Source of the DNA: Treponema sp.
GTDB lineage: Bacteria > Spirochaetota > Spirochaetia > Treponematales > Breznakiellaceae
DNA length: 64,000 nucleotides
Direction of reading: 5' to 3'
Assembly (NCBI GenBank): GCA_009777535.1
Contig: WRLP01000001.1
Coordinates: 47,631 to 111,630, forward strand
Below the pieces are notes generated by a model that did no database searches, was not told the DNA's origin, and saw nothing but the letters and a program-made list of their open reading frames with translations. Of this stretch, positions 1 through 8,461 are shown one piece after another. Made by a program: the position numbers and the translations under genes. The first letter of the stretch is position 1. Every line of letters starts with the position of its first letter.

Positions 1-166
1 AGCGGCGCCCTTCATTTTTAATGCCGCAAACGGAGAGCTTGCCCCTTACATGGAAATTGCCTGGCAGTCATACATCAGCGACAACCGCGACAGCAATCCA
101 AACGCCGACTTCTCCGCCGGCTTCCGTTTCTCCACCGGAATCAGGTGGTCCTGGCAGGTGCGATAA
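1..166 (+). CDS. 3' end of a CDS entering from the left edge (C-terminal ~54 aa, alternating beta-strand-like pattern; function not assignable)
   Basis: Frame 2 is open from the window edge to TAA at 164-166 (...NADFSAGFRFSTGIRWSWQVR*). It has no start in the window, so it is absent from the ORF track. Confidence 0.3.
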   Translation, partial: AAPFIFNAANGELAPYMEIAWQSYISDNRDSNPNADFSAGFRFSTGIRWSWQVR

Positions 167-167
167 C

Positions 168-1280
168 CTATTTCTTCACCAGGTATTTGCGCATATCAAT
201 TGCCACTGCAACAAGTATAATTGCGCCCTTGATGATAAACTGCATGTCGCCCGAAACACTCAGCCATTGCAGCGCGACACTAATTATCTGCAAAAGTATT
301 ACGCCGGTTATTATCCCGCTGATCTTGCCTGTGCCGCCGGTAAAGCTCACGCCGCCGATAACGCAGGCGGCTATGGCATCCAGCTCGGCGCTGACACCGG
401 TAGACGGGCTGTTGGATCCAATTCTGGCCGCTTCTATAAAACCGGAAAAACCGTAAAGTATGCCGCCTATCATAAATATCATAACAGTTGTTTTCATTAC
501 AGAGATGCCGGAAACATTTGCCGCTTCGGCGTTTGCACCTACCGCATACATGTTTTTGCCAAGGGTTGTCTTGTTCCAGACAAACCACATTATCGCCGCG
601 GCCACAATCGCATAAAACACATACAGAGGGATTGCATTGCCCCTGAAATCCACCGTGTACTTTACCACGTCCTTGTATCTGTCGGTCAAGCCTGATATTG
701 GGCCGCCGCCGTTTGTGCCTAACTGAACATACATCAGCACAAGTCCGTACAGAATCAACTGGGTAGAAAGGGTTACGATAAACGGATGTAGTTTGAATTT
801 CGCCGTGCAAAAACCGTTAAACAGGCCAAATGCCGCTCCAACAGCCATCGAAAGCAAAAGCACTAAAACGATGGGGGGAGTATTCAGGTTGGGGAACATT
901 TTTACGCTGTACTGTTCCAGGGGCAGCTGCAAAAGTGATGCGCAAATACAGGCGGTAAAACCCATAATTCTGCCGGCTGACAGGTCGGTGCCGGTTAATA
1001 CTATAATGCCGCCGACACCCAGCGCCAGGAACAGCGCTGACGCCGCCCGTGTTAGAATATCAATTATTGATCTGAAAGAAAGAAAAGTATTGGCATAATT
1101 ATTCTGTATGCTGTAAATCTGTACATGGATTACTACCAGGATAATTATTATATAGATGGCGTTCCTTACAAGAAAGTCGCCGCAGTATGCCAGTTTTTCC
1201 ATTCTGCCGAGAGCCCTGTAGTTCTGCCAGCGCTGCTTAAATATTCCGGTAAAACGCGAGAATACGCTGTTTTCTTTCAT
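168..1280 (-). CDS. mglC: Sugar ABC transporter permease (MglC/RbsC-type, galactose/methyl-galactoside family)
   Basis: 370-aa polytopic hydrophobic protein. It lies immediately downstream of the MglA-like ATPase, and a GGGAGA RBS precedes the ATG. Confidence 0.85.
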   Translation of the reverse strand: MKENSVFSRFTGIFKQRWQNYRALGRMEKLAYCGDFLVRNAIYIIIILVVIHVQIYSIQNNYANTFLSFRSIIDILTRAASALFLALGVGGIIVLTGTDLSAGRIMGFTACICASLLQLPLEQYSVKMFPNLNTPPIVLVLLLSMAVGAAFGLFNGFCTAKFKLHPFIVTLSTQLILYGLVLMYVQLGTNGGGPISGLTDRYKDVVKYTVDFRGNAIPLYVFYAIVAAAIMWFVWNKTTLGKNMYAVGANAEAANVSGISVMKTTVMIFMIGGILYGFSGFIEAARIGSNSPSTGVSAELDAIAACVIGGVSFTGGTGKISGIITGVILLQIISVALQWLSVSGDMQFIIKGAIILVAVAIDMRKYLVKK

Positions 1281-1296
1281 TTTGATTTCTCCCTTG

Positions 1297-2793
1297 TTAC
1301 ACGCATTTTGCCGCCAGAGTCATTATTTCTTCCTGTGTTGCTGATTTTGCGTCCAGGCTGCCTGTCATAAAACCGCCGGACATAACGATTATCCTGTCGC
1401 AGATGCCGAGCAGCTCCGGCAGCTCGCTGGATACCATGATGATCGAGTTTCCCTGTTTTGCAAGTTCAATCATTAGCTGATATATCTCGTATTTCGCGCC
1501 CACATCTATACCGCGGGTAGGCTCATCAAGCAAAAGAATATCCGGCTCCGTCAGCATCCAGCGTCCGAAAATAGCCTTCTGCTGATTGCCGCCGGACAGC
1601 GAGCGTATCAGTGTTTTCTGACCCGGTGTTTTAATTTTTAAGGTATTAATCGCCCAATCGGCATCAGCGCTCATTTTCCCGCTGCTTATGTAAAAGTGCA
1701 AACGTTTATATTTTCTGATATTCGCCACCGTTATATTTTCGCGGACACTCAATATGCTGAAAATCCCCGTAGCGCGCCGCTCCTCTGTAAGCATGGCAAA
1801 GCCGTGTTTTTTGGCGCGGTACGGTTTTCCGGTTTTTATCTCTGCGCCGTTTTTATATATTCTGCCCGATTTTAATGTTAAAAGACCAAACAGGCTTTCC
1901 AGGGTCTCGGTACGTCCGGAGCCGACAAGCCCCGCAACACCAAGTATCTCTCCTTTTCGCAGCTCAAAAGAAACATCTTTTAAATTACGGTACTGAGCGG
2001 TGAGTCCCTCGACTCTTAAAACTGTTTCCCTCGGTACATTATCCTTCGGCGGGAAAACATTGTTCAGTTCGCGCCCAACCATCATGGTGATGATTTTATC
2101 GGTGGTAAGATCCGATGATGGAAAGGTGCCCACCATTTTTCCGTCGCGCATAACGGAAACCTCATCGGAAATCCGCAGTATCTCGTTCATACGGTGGGAT
2201 ATGTATATAATGGCGCAGCCCTGATCGCGCAGATTCCTGATTATGCGGAACAGATGCTCCACTTCGACCTCTGTCAGCGACGAAGTGGGTTCATCAAAAA
2301 CAATAACCCTGCTGTTATGTGAAACAGCCTTGGCAATCTCCACCATCTGGCGCTGGGATACCGACAGGCTTCTTATAACGGCTTTTGGGTCTATTGAAAT
2401 GTCCAGGTTATTAAAAATGTCCAGCGTATTCTGGTACATCTTCCTGTGGCTGACATACACGGGCGGCAGGCCGGGGAAACGTCCCAGCCAGATATTTTCC
2501 ATTACGCTGCGCGTGTGCACCTGATTCAGTTCCTGATGCACCATGGAAACGCCGTTTTCCATTGCCTGTTTTGGATTGGCAAAGCTCACCTTTTTGCCGT
2601 CCAGGATATATTCACCGGAATCTGTGGTGTATATGCCAAACAGACATTTCATCAGTGTAGATTTCCCCGCGCCGTTTTCGCCCATCAGGGAATGAATGGT
2701 TCCTGGGCGGACGTCAAGGCTGACCTTATCAAGGGCCTTTACTCCCGGGAAGGATTTGCTTACCTGGATTATTTGTAACAGATAGTTTCTCAT
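1297..2793 (-). CDS. mglA: Galactose/methyl-galactoside-type ABC ATPase with two fused ABC domains
   Basis: 498 aa. Walker A GENGAGKST, the signature motif (LSGGNQQK) and a second ABC half are present. The N-terminus (LMGENGAGKSTLMKCLFGIY...ENGVSMVHQELN) is MglA-like. Confidence 0.9.
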   Translation of the reverse strand: MRNYLLQIIQVSKSFPGVKALDKVSLDVRPGTIHSLMGENGAGKSTLMKCLFGIYTTDSGEYILDGKKVSFANPKQAMENGVSMVHQELNQVHTRSVMENIWLGRFPGLPPVYVSHRKMYQNTLDIFNNLDISIDPKAVIRSLSVSQRQMVEIAKAVSHNSRVIVFDEPTSSLTEVEVEHLFRIIRNLRDQGCAIIYISHRMNEILRISDEVSVMRDGKMVGTFPSSDLTTDKIITMMVGRELNNVFPPKDNVPRETVLRVEGLTAQYRNLKDVSFELRKGEILGVAGLVGSGRTETLESLFGLLTLKSGRIYKNGAEIKTGKPYRAKKHGFAMLTEERRATGIFSILSVRENITVANIRKYKRLHFYISSGKMSADADWAINTLKIKTPGQKTLIRSLSGGNQQKAIFGRWMLTEPDILLLDEPTRGIDVGAKYEIYQLMIELAKQGNSIIMVSSELPELLGICDRIIVMSGGFMTGSLDAKSATQEEIMTLAAKCV

Positions 2794-2833
2794 CTAAACC
2801 CTGTTGTAAAAATGGGGAATTGGGAACAGGGAA

Positions 2834-2936
2834 AAAAGTAAAAGGTACAAAGCAGAAGTGAAAAGTGAGAAGAGCTCAGTAGAAATTTCCCGCCACTGGC
2901 TCTTCTCTTTCTTAACTTTTACCTCTTACTTTTTCT
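2834..2936 (-). repeat. Long imperfect inverted repeat (stem-loop) in the mglB-mglA intergenic spacer
   Basis: gagaagagc (2867-2875) pairs perfectly with gctcttctc (2899-2907). The flanking A/G-rich and T/C-rich arms are partly complementary. Confidence 0.45.
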
Positions 2937-2937
2937 C

Positions 2938-4050
2938 TTATTCAACTATGGCGTAAGGTACGCGGATTTTATCGACGCCCCTGTCAACATTGTAGCCGGA
3001 AGTGTTGGAGAACACATTCCGGCCGCCGGCTACATTCTGGGCCAGTTCCAATATGGTTCTGCCCATTGCAACAGCATCCTGTAAAACAGTACCGGTCATT
3101 CTGCCGGCGCGAATTGCTTCTACGGCTACAGCGGTTGCATCAACGCCGAATACCGGTATGTATCCAGTTCCTGCCCTGCCTGTATTAAAGCCCTGTTCAT
3201 TCATGGCTTCGATGGCGCCGATGGCCTGATCATCGTTGTTGGCCATTATCAGCTCAATGGAGCCATTGGTAAGGGAGTGGGCAGCCAGAGCGGTGCGCAT
3301 AAGGTTGGCCGCATTGGCAGCCGACCAGTTTCCGTAGAGGAAGAAGTTGCTTATTCCGTCATTCTCGTATTGAGTGCTGGTTTCGTTTGCAGCAGAAGGC
3401 GCCAGTGTGAGCCTGCCACCGAGGAGCCTGTTTGCTTCTGTTACGGAAAACTTGGTGCGGCCAAATGCTTCTGCATTGCCATGCTCGCCGCGGAACATGA
3501 TGTACCTGATTACACCGTCGCCGTCGAGGTCATAGGTTGATCTGCTGCCGTTCCAGTTTTCATCTTTAAGCAGGAAGTTTGCGACTGCCTGACCCTGCAT
3601 ATAACCGGCCTCGTCCGCATCCGTACCTACAAAGCAGGCATTGTCGTAAGAATTGATTACTGCATCCGAAACTTCCCGGTTAAAGAAGATAATCGGTACA
3701 TTGGCATTTTTGGCCATGTCTACGATGTTCATGGCAGCATCTTCGGAGCCTGTTGTAACGATGTTTACAACCAGCAGTTTTGTTCCTTGTGTAATGGCTG
3801 TCTGTACCATCTGGGCCTGTAAATCCTGCCTCTCCTGTGAGTCGTGGTGGGTTACTCTTAGATTGGACATGGTCCTGACCTGCTCGTCCATGGAGTTGCG
3901 TACACTGGCCAGATAGGTATCCGCAAAAGAGTACCAGAACACATCTACACTGGCGGCGCTGCTTTCACCGCTCTGCTTTCTGCATCCGGAAAATGTAAAA
4001 ATAACACCCGCCAAAAGCAAAATCAGCATTAAACCTGCGATTTTCTTCAT
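2938..4050 (-). CDS. mglB: Periplasmic sugar-binding lipoprotein (MglB-like, PBP type I)
   Basis: 370 aa. It has a signal peptide with lipobox FSGC, a periplasmic binding protein fold pattern, and is the first gene of the mglBAC-order operon. Confidence 0.85.
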   Translation of the reverse strand: MKKIAGLMLILLLAGVIFTFSGCRKQSGESSAASVDVFWYSFADTYLASVRNSMDEQVRTMSNLRVTHHDSQERQDLQAQMVQTAITQGTKLLVVNIVTTGSEDAAMNIVDMAKNANVPIIFFNREVSDAVINSYDNACFVGTDADEAGYMQGQAVANFLLKDENWNGSRSTYDLDGDGVIRYIMFRGEHGNAEAFGRTKFSVTEANRLLGGRLTLAPSAANETSTQYENDGISNFFLYGNWSAANAANLMRTALAAHSLTNGSIELIMANNDDQAIGAIEAMNEQGFNTGRAGTGYIPVFGVDATAVAVEAIRAGRMTGTVLQDAVAMGRTILELAQNVAGGRNVFSNTSGYNVDRGVDKIRVPYAIVE

Positions 4051-4159
4051 TTGAATCCTCTCCTTGTGATATGTGATTTTTATCAGGTTAAACTATTTTC
4101 AAGGATTTGTAAACATGGGGAGGGGAGACGTGGATCTGCCGGGTTTGTCCGCCGAAGCA

Positions 4160-4188
4160 TTGACAGAAAAAGTTAATAAAATTAAGAT
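4160..4188 (+). promoter_or_regulatory. Candidate sigma70 promoter for tRNA-Gly
   Basis: TTGACA (4160-4165), a 17-nt spacer, then TAAGAT (4183-4188), about 12 nt before the tRNA 5' end. Confidence 0.4.
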
Positions 4189-4200
4189 TTACACAGATTT

Positions 4201-4271
4201 GCGGCCGTCATATAACGGTATTATCCAAGCTTCCCAAGCTTGTGACGCGGGTTCGACTCCCGTCGGCCGCT
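4201..4271 (+). tRNA. tRNA-Gly (anticodon CCC)
   Basis: Folded by hand. Acceptor GCGGCCG/CGGCCGC; D-loop AACGGTA; anticodon stem CAAGC/GCTTG with loop TTCCCAA; T-arm GCGGG-TTCGACT-CCCGT; discriminator T. CCA is not encoded. Confidence 0.93.
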
Positions 4272-4441
4272 TTTACTTATTGTGTTACAAAAACTCCCTA
4301 TCTTGTTACCTTGTTTTTTTCTGCCGGGCGCGCTGGTTCGCCTAAAGGCTTACCGCATTATTCTAATCGGGGCATTTGCTGTGCGCCACGCCGTTTCCGA
4401 ATTAGTCATCCACACGGCTTGATCCCGTGCATTGTCGGGCG

Positions 4442-4453
4442 CCGTCGGCCGCT
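4442..4453 (+). repeat. 12-nt direct repeat of the tRNA-Gly 3' end (ccgtcggccgct)
   Basis: Identical to 4260-4271. A T-arm-like hairpin cacgg-cttgatc-ccgtg sits just upstream (4412-4428). Confidence 0.5.
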
Positions 4454-4538
4454 AAGGTTTTCAAAAAACGAAAAGAATCCTTGATAAAAACAATGTTTTT
4501 AATTAACGCGCAATGCGGGAGTCGAAGGGTTTCCTCTT

Positions 4539-4706
4539 CGCCAGCGTTCCACTGCTGCGGCAATTGCAGAAAGATGCCCAATAAAATACTTGAGGGGTGC
4601 CTGTGGCAAAAACGCTGCCCCCGCGCAGTGTTTTTGGCCACAGGCAGGCCCCCCAGAATTATCTTTAGGCATCTTTCTGCTGTTTCCATAGTCGTGGATA
4701 GCGCCC
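4539..4706 (+). other. Conserved structured element, copy A (candidate ncRNA or repeat element)
   Basis: The conserved 5' block cgccagcgttccactgc..ggcaattgca and 3' block ccatagtcgtggata are shared with 32746-32991. A perfect 13-bp helix joins 4566-4578 and 4668-4680. There is an inner hairpin at 4599-4646. Confidence 0.4.
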
Positions 4707-4717
4707 GCCGGGCGCGA

Positions 4718-6004
4718 TTACTCCGGCAGGTATCCGCAGGCAGCGGCGTAATCATCGCAGAGATCCCCAATGCGGCTGTAAATAACAGAAAGCGGATCGT
4801 TGCGAAGGTTACCGGCCATATACCGGCGGTACTGTGCCGGAAAAAACTGGCTTAAAAGGGCAGGGGGAATTTCGGGCACATTCTTAATGAGCGTTTCTAT
4901 TGCCTGCTGTACCTTCTTCCCCGGCAGATAGTAACGGCAGCGATCCGAATAACTATAAAACTTTTTGTATTCAATTTCTTCGCTGGTGCCGGAATAATAT
5001 TTTTCCCAATACTGTTTTGAATTGTTCATTTCGTCTAACAAAGTTTTCTTCAAATTTGATCGTGAAGGCGGCGGTGTAAGAATTTCCTCGACCGCTTCGA
5101 GCAGAAAGAGAGCTTCTCTTAATACAAAGGTGAGGGCAGGCCCAACTTTAAGAATAGCAACGCCGTCCCTGACCATTTCGGCAAGGTTTCCAGGGCACTG
5201 ATAATCGGTAGAGTGCCCCTCGAAGACTATGCCCGGCACCGTTTTCAGTGCGCCTGTCAGCTCCGCCGCTTTTTTCGCATCGTAAAAGCAGACAAAATCA
5301 TCCCCGAATTCCACACCCGGCTGAACCACAAAGGCAGCAACATCGTTAAAATCAATTCCGGCTTTTAGAAATTCATCTTTAAAGATTGACACTTGCTCAA
5401 GAAAATCGCCGGCACATGTTGGCGTAACGCTGTCTTCATGCTCTTGGCTTCCGCCGGGGATGGGTACTTCGCTGCCGATAACAAACATCGGACGCTTTGC
5501 CTGGTTCGGCATACTCCCGAAACTCTCATATACCGCCCTGGCCAATATCGCACCCCGGCGGGCGCATACTCTTGGGTCCAGAGGCCCCGCAGGATCATCT
5601 GCGAGCTTCATGCTGGTATCAAGATGTATCTTGGTAAAGCCCGCCAGAGTGTATGCCCGCACCATGTCAACAGCTTTTTCCATAGCGGAACTTTCCGGTT
5701 CTTTCTGCCAGAGCAGGGGCCCCAGATGATCCCCGCCCAGAACGAGTTTTTCATCACTCATGCCTTCTTCACCGGCGAGCTTTTGCACCCAGGCCATGAA
5801 TTCGTGTGGGCGTATTCCGGTGTATCCGCCGAATTGATTCACCTGATTCGATGTACTTTCAATAATAAGGGGATATTGATGGGCAACGGCATGACGAATT
5901 GCCGAGCGCAGAACCAGTTCGTTGGCGGAACATACCGAATAAAGGCCTGTTTTTTGCCCGCCCCTGTTTTTTTCTATCATTGTTTTTAACGGATTTTGGG
6001 TCAT
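4718..6004 (-). CDS. GatZ/KbaZ/AgaZ-family protein (tagatose-bisphosphate aldolase accessory subunit / tagatose-6-P epimerase-like)
   Basis: 428 aa. The N-terminus (GLYSVCSANELVLRSAI...PLIIESTSNQVNQFGGYTG...GGDHLGP) is typical of the family. Confidence 0.8.
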   Translation of the reverse strand: MTQNPLKTMIEKNRGGQKTGLYSVCSANELVLRSAIRHAVAHQYPLIIESTSNQVNQFGGYTGIRPHEFMAWVQKLAGEEGMSDEKLVLGGDHLGPLLWQKEPESSAMEKAVDMVRAYTLAGFTKIHLDTSMKLADDPAGPLDPRVCARRGAILARAVYESFGSMPNQAKRPMFVIGSEVPIPGGSQEHEDSVTPTCAGDFLEQVSIFKDEFLKAGIDFNDVAAFVVQPGVEFGDDFVCFYDAKKAAELTGALKTVPGIVFEGHSTDYQCPGNLAEMVRDGVAILKVGPALTFVLREALFLLEAVEEILTPPPSRSNLKKTLLDEMNNSKQYWEKYYSGTSEEIEYKKFYSYSDRCRYYLPGKKVQQAIETLIKNVPEIPPALLSQFFPAQYRRYMAGNLRNDPLSVIYSRIGDLCDDYAAACGYLPE

Positions 6005-6113
6005 GATTACTTATATTGCATTTCTTTTTTTTCGACAATGTTGCCGGCTATTCGGGCTGTTTTAACTGAAACTAAATACCCCCCCCAAGCGTTGATTTTT
6101 TATCTTTTTTCTG

Positions 6114-6142
6114 TTGACAACTGTATTTTTAGAGGTTAAAAT
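6114..6142 (+). promoter_or_regulatory. Near-consensus sigma70 promoter of the CUT1 ABC/GH4 operon
   Basis: TTGACA (6114-6119), a 17-nt spacer, then TAAAAT (6137-6142). An AGGAGG RBS at 6188-6193 precedes the ATG at 6202. Confidence 0.55.
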
Positions 6143-6150
6143 CTTACATG

Positions 6151-6173
6151 GTTAATTGCGTATGTTAATTAAC
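6151..6173. promoter_or_regulatory. Candidate operator (inverted repeat GTTAATT-N9-AATTAAC, including the 10-bp palindrome GTTAATTAAC)
   Basis: It lies directly downstream of the -10 element. A ROK-family regulator is encoded in the same operon. Confidence 0.3.
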
Positions 6174-6201
6174 TACATAAAATTTCAGGAGGGTACTTAA
6201 G

Positions 6202-7491
6202 ATGAAAAGGACTTTACTTGTGTTGTTTGTCGTAATAATGGCTTTATCGTTAGTTACGGCATGCTCCAGAAAGGCAAGCAGTACAGACGGTAGAATCGTT
6301 GTGCAGTTTTGGGGCCATGTAAACAATGCGTGGAATGAATCCCACAGGGCAACAATCGAAAAATTTAACGCATCTCAGTCAGAAATTGTCGTTGTTCCAA
6401 CTTTCTTCCCCTATGATGACTTCGAGGCAAAGATACAAACTTCATTGATAGCAGGCGGTGAAGGTGCGGATCTATACGAGGTTTGGGGAGGATGGGGTCT
6501 CGATTTTGTGGAGGGCGGCGCACTTAGTCCAGTGCCAAGTAATTTGATTGCCGAGCTCTTGAATGATTGTTATGAGCCTGTTCTGGGTTCATTCCGCGAC
6601 GGAAATACATACTATGGGATCCCGGTGGAATTTAACAATGAATACGGAGGCATGCTGGTCAACAAGCCGCAATTCGAAAGGCTTGGAATTCCTTATCCTA
6701 CTACCTGGGATGAGATCGTCAACGTTGCACGGAGAACTACGGTTAGGAGAGGCAATACCTTTGATATGAGGGGCCTTGACTTTACAACCGATGACACTTT
6801 GACTCACACTTTCCTTTCCATGATACTTTCCCAAGGCGGGCAGTATTGGGTAAACAACAGATTCAGGTTAACTACGCCGGAGGCCGAGCTGGCTTTGCAG
6901 ACTCTGGTGAATTGGGTAGTTGTGGAACAGTTTACAAATACCGATTCGGCCACTGGCGCACAGGGCGATGAGATCGACGGCGCTCACTTTCTTGGACAGG
7001 ATAATGCTATGATGGTCCCCCGCGGGCCATGGGTAATCTCGTTGCTGGATGAGGACTATGGTAAAGAGTACGGCGTAGATTTCGATTTTATCAAATTCCC
7101 GTTCTACGGCACTGTTCCGGCTTTCACGGCTGAGACTGGATGGAGCATGTGCGTACCTAAAGATTCCAGAGTTGCCGAAGCAGCATGGACTTATGTCGAA
7201 TTCTTCCTTAGGCCGGAAAACTTGATGCAGCACAATATTAAATGCGCCCAGCTTCCGCCCCGCAGATCTGTGGCCGCAAACCCCGAATTTGTAAGACAAT
7301 TGCCTTACATGGCGCCCCTGATGGACATTCTACAGTATGGTAAATTTATCGGACCTTTCAATACTGACGTGCTTAAGTTAAATCTGCGCGATGTATATGT
7401 CTCTCTTTGCCTTAGAGATGGCAGATACCCTTCAGTAGCAGCCGCATTGGCAGCTTTGGAAAACAGGCTTAATACAGAACTCAGGCTTTAA
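6202..7491 (+). CDS. ABC transporter extracellular solute-binding lipoprotein (family 1, CUT1 sugar type)
   Basis: 429 aa. It has lipobox LVTAC and is followed by MalF/MalG-like permeases. Confidence 0.85.
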   Translation: MKRTLLVLFVVIMALSLVTACSRKASSTDGRIVVQFWGHVNNAWNESHRATIEKFNASQSEIVVVPTFFPYDDFEAKIQTSLIAGGEGADLYEVWGGWGLDFVEGGALSPVPSNLIAELLNDCYEPVLGSFRDGNTYYGIPVEFNNEYGGMLVNKPQFERLGIPYPTTWDEIVNVARRTTVRRGNTFDMRGLDFTTDDTLTHTFLSMILSQGGQYWVNNRFRLTTPEAELALQTLVNWVVVEQFTNTDSATGAQGDEIDGAHFLGQDNAMMVPRGPWVISLLDEDYGKEYGVDFDFIKFPFYGTVPAFTAETGWSMCVPKDSRVAEAAWTYVEFFLRPENLMQHNIKCAQLPPRRSVAANPEFVRQLPYMAPLMDILQYGKFIGPFNTDVLKLNLRDVYVSLCLRDGRYPSVAAALAALENRLNTELRL

Positions 7492-7584
7492 GGTTCAATT
7501 TTAAATTGTTAATAAGGCGGGGAATTAAGCTTCCTCGCCTTATGCTAAAATCACTCTGGTATTTATAAAGCGAAGGTGGCGAAA

Positions 7585-8460
7585 ATGAGAAACAACCGCT
7601 TTGTGGCAATAGTGTTAGTGCCTGCGCTTTGCTTGCTGACTCTCTTTATTGTAATACCCATTTGCGGAAGCTTTTTCTTTTCGCTGTTTGATTATAATCC
7701 TCTTAGGAGCAGCAATCCATTTTTAGGATTTGATAACTATAGAAGGCTGTTTAAAGAGGAAATTTATTTAATATCGCTTCGCAATACTTTAGTTTTCGTA
7801 TTAACAACAGTTGCTATTAATATTGCTATAACATTGGTACTTGCGCAATTAATTTCCTGTATAGAACGCAAATGGATACGAAATTTATTTTTAGCTTCAA
7901 TATTTCTGGCTTGTGTCGCGCCTATCGCTAATTCTGCAGTGGTTTGGTCACGCAGTATTTACGCTTCCAGAGGCGGGCTGATAAATATGGCATTGGCGGC
8001 ATTGGGGGGTGAGCCAATAAACTGGATAGGGAGCCCTGCCATGGTAATGCCTGCACTGATCATATTCACTACCTGGGCAGATATAGGCTACAACACTATA
8101 TTATTTACTGCCGGCGTTGACGGAATCCCGAAAGATTTCTACGAAGCCGCCGAAATTGACGGCGCAGGTCCTGTGCTTTGCTTTTTTAAAATTACGCTGC
8201 CGCTCCTGGGCCGCATATTTGCGTTCGTCTCAATAATGACTTTGATATCACACTTTCAAATGTTTGCGCAATTTGAAATCATAGCGCGCAATGGAGGCCC
8301 GAGCAGGGCTGGTCAGGTGCTAACAACTTATATCTACTACAGCGGTTTTAGGGCGAAGGATATGGGTTATGCGTCGGCAATTTCTGTCACCTTGTTCATG
8401 ATAATTTTGACAGTCACACTGGTGCAGCGGCGCCTTAACCGGGTTGATTGGGAGTATTAA
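7585..8460 (+). CDS. Carbohydrate ABC transporter permease (MalF/UgpA-like)
   Basis: It is polytopic, with the EAA loop motif (FYEAAEIDGAGP). The ATG at 7585 follows a GAAGGTGG RBS; the ORF track's alternative start is GTG at 7576. Confidence 0.85.
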   Translation: MRNNRFVAIVLVPALCLLTLFIVIPICGSFFFSLFDYNPLRSSNPFLGFDNYRRLFKEEIYLISLRNTLVFVLTTVAINIAITLVLAQLISCIERKWIRNLFLASIFLACVAPIANSAVVWSRSIYASRGGLINMALAALGGEPINWIGSPAMVMPALIIFTTWADIGYNTILFTAGVDGIPKDFYEAAEIDGAGPVLCFFKITLPLLGRIFAFVSIMTLISHFQMFAQFEIIARNGGPSRAGQVLTTYIYYSGFRAKDMGYASAISVTLFMIILTVTLVQRRLNRVDWEY

Positions 8461-8461
8461 A

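Noticed and set aside
21-1370. ORF-track ORFs 21-695(+), 145-456(+), 280-810(-), 793-1098(+) and 1125-1370(+), all overlapping mglC
   Set aside because: They overlap a well-supported permease gene in other frames or on the other strand. They have no RBS and their composition is low-complexity or Cys/Arg-rich, as is typical of off-frame translation.
4073-4855. ORFs 4073-4345, 4242-4484, 4402-4770 and 4427-4855 in the tRNA/element A region
   Set aside because: They run across a clear tRNA gene and the structured repeat element. They have no RBS, and Arg/Cys-rich products. They are better explained as non-coding sequence.
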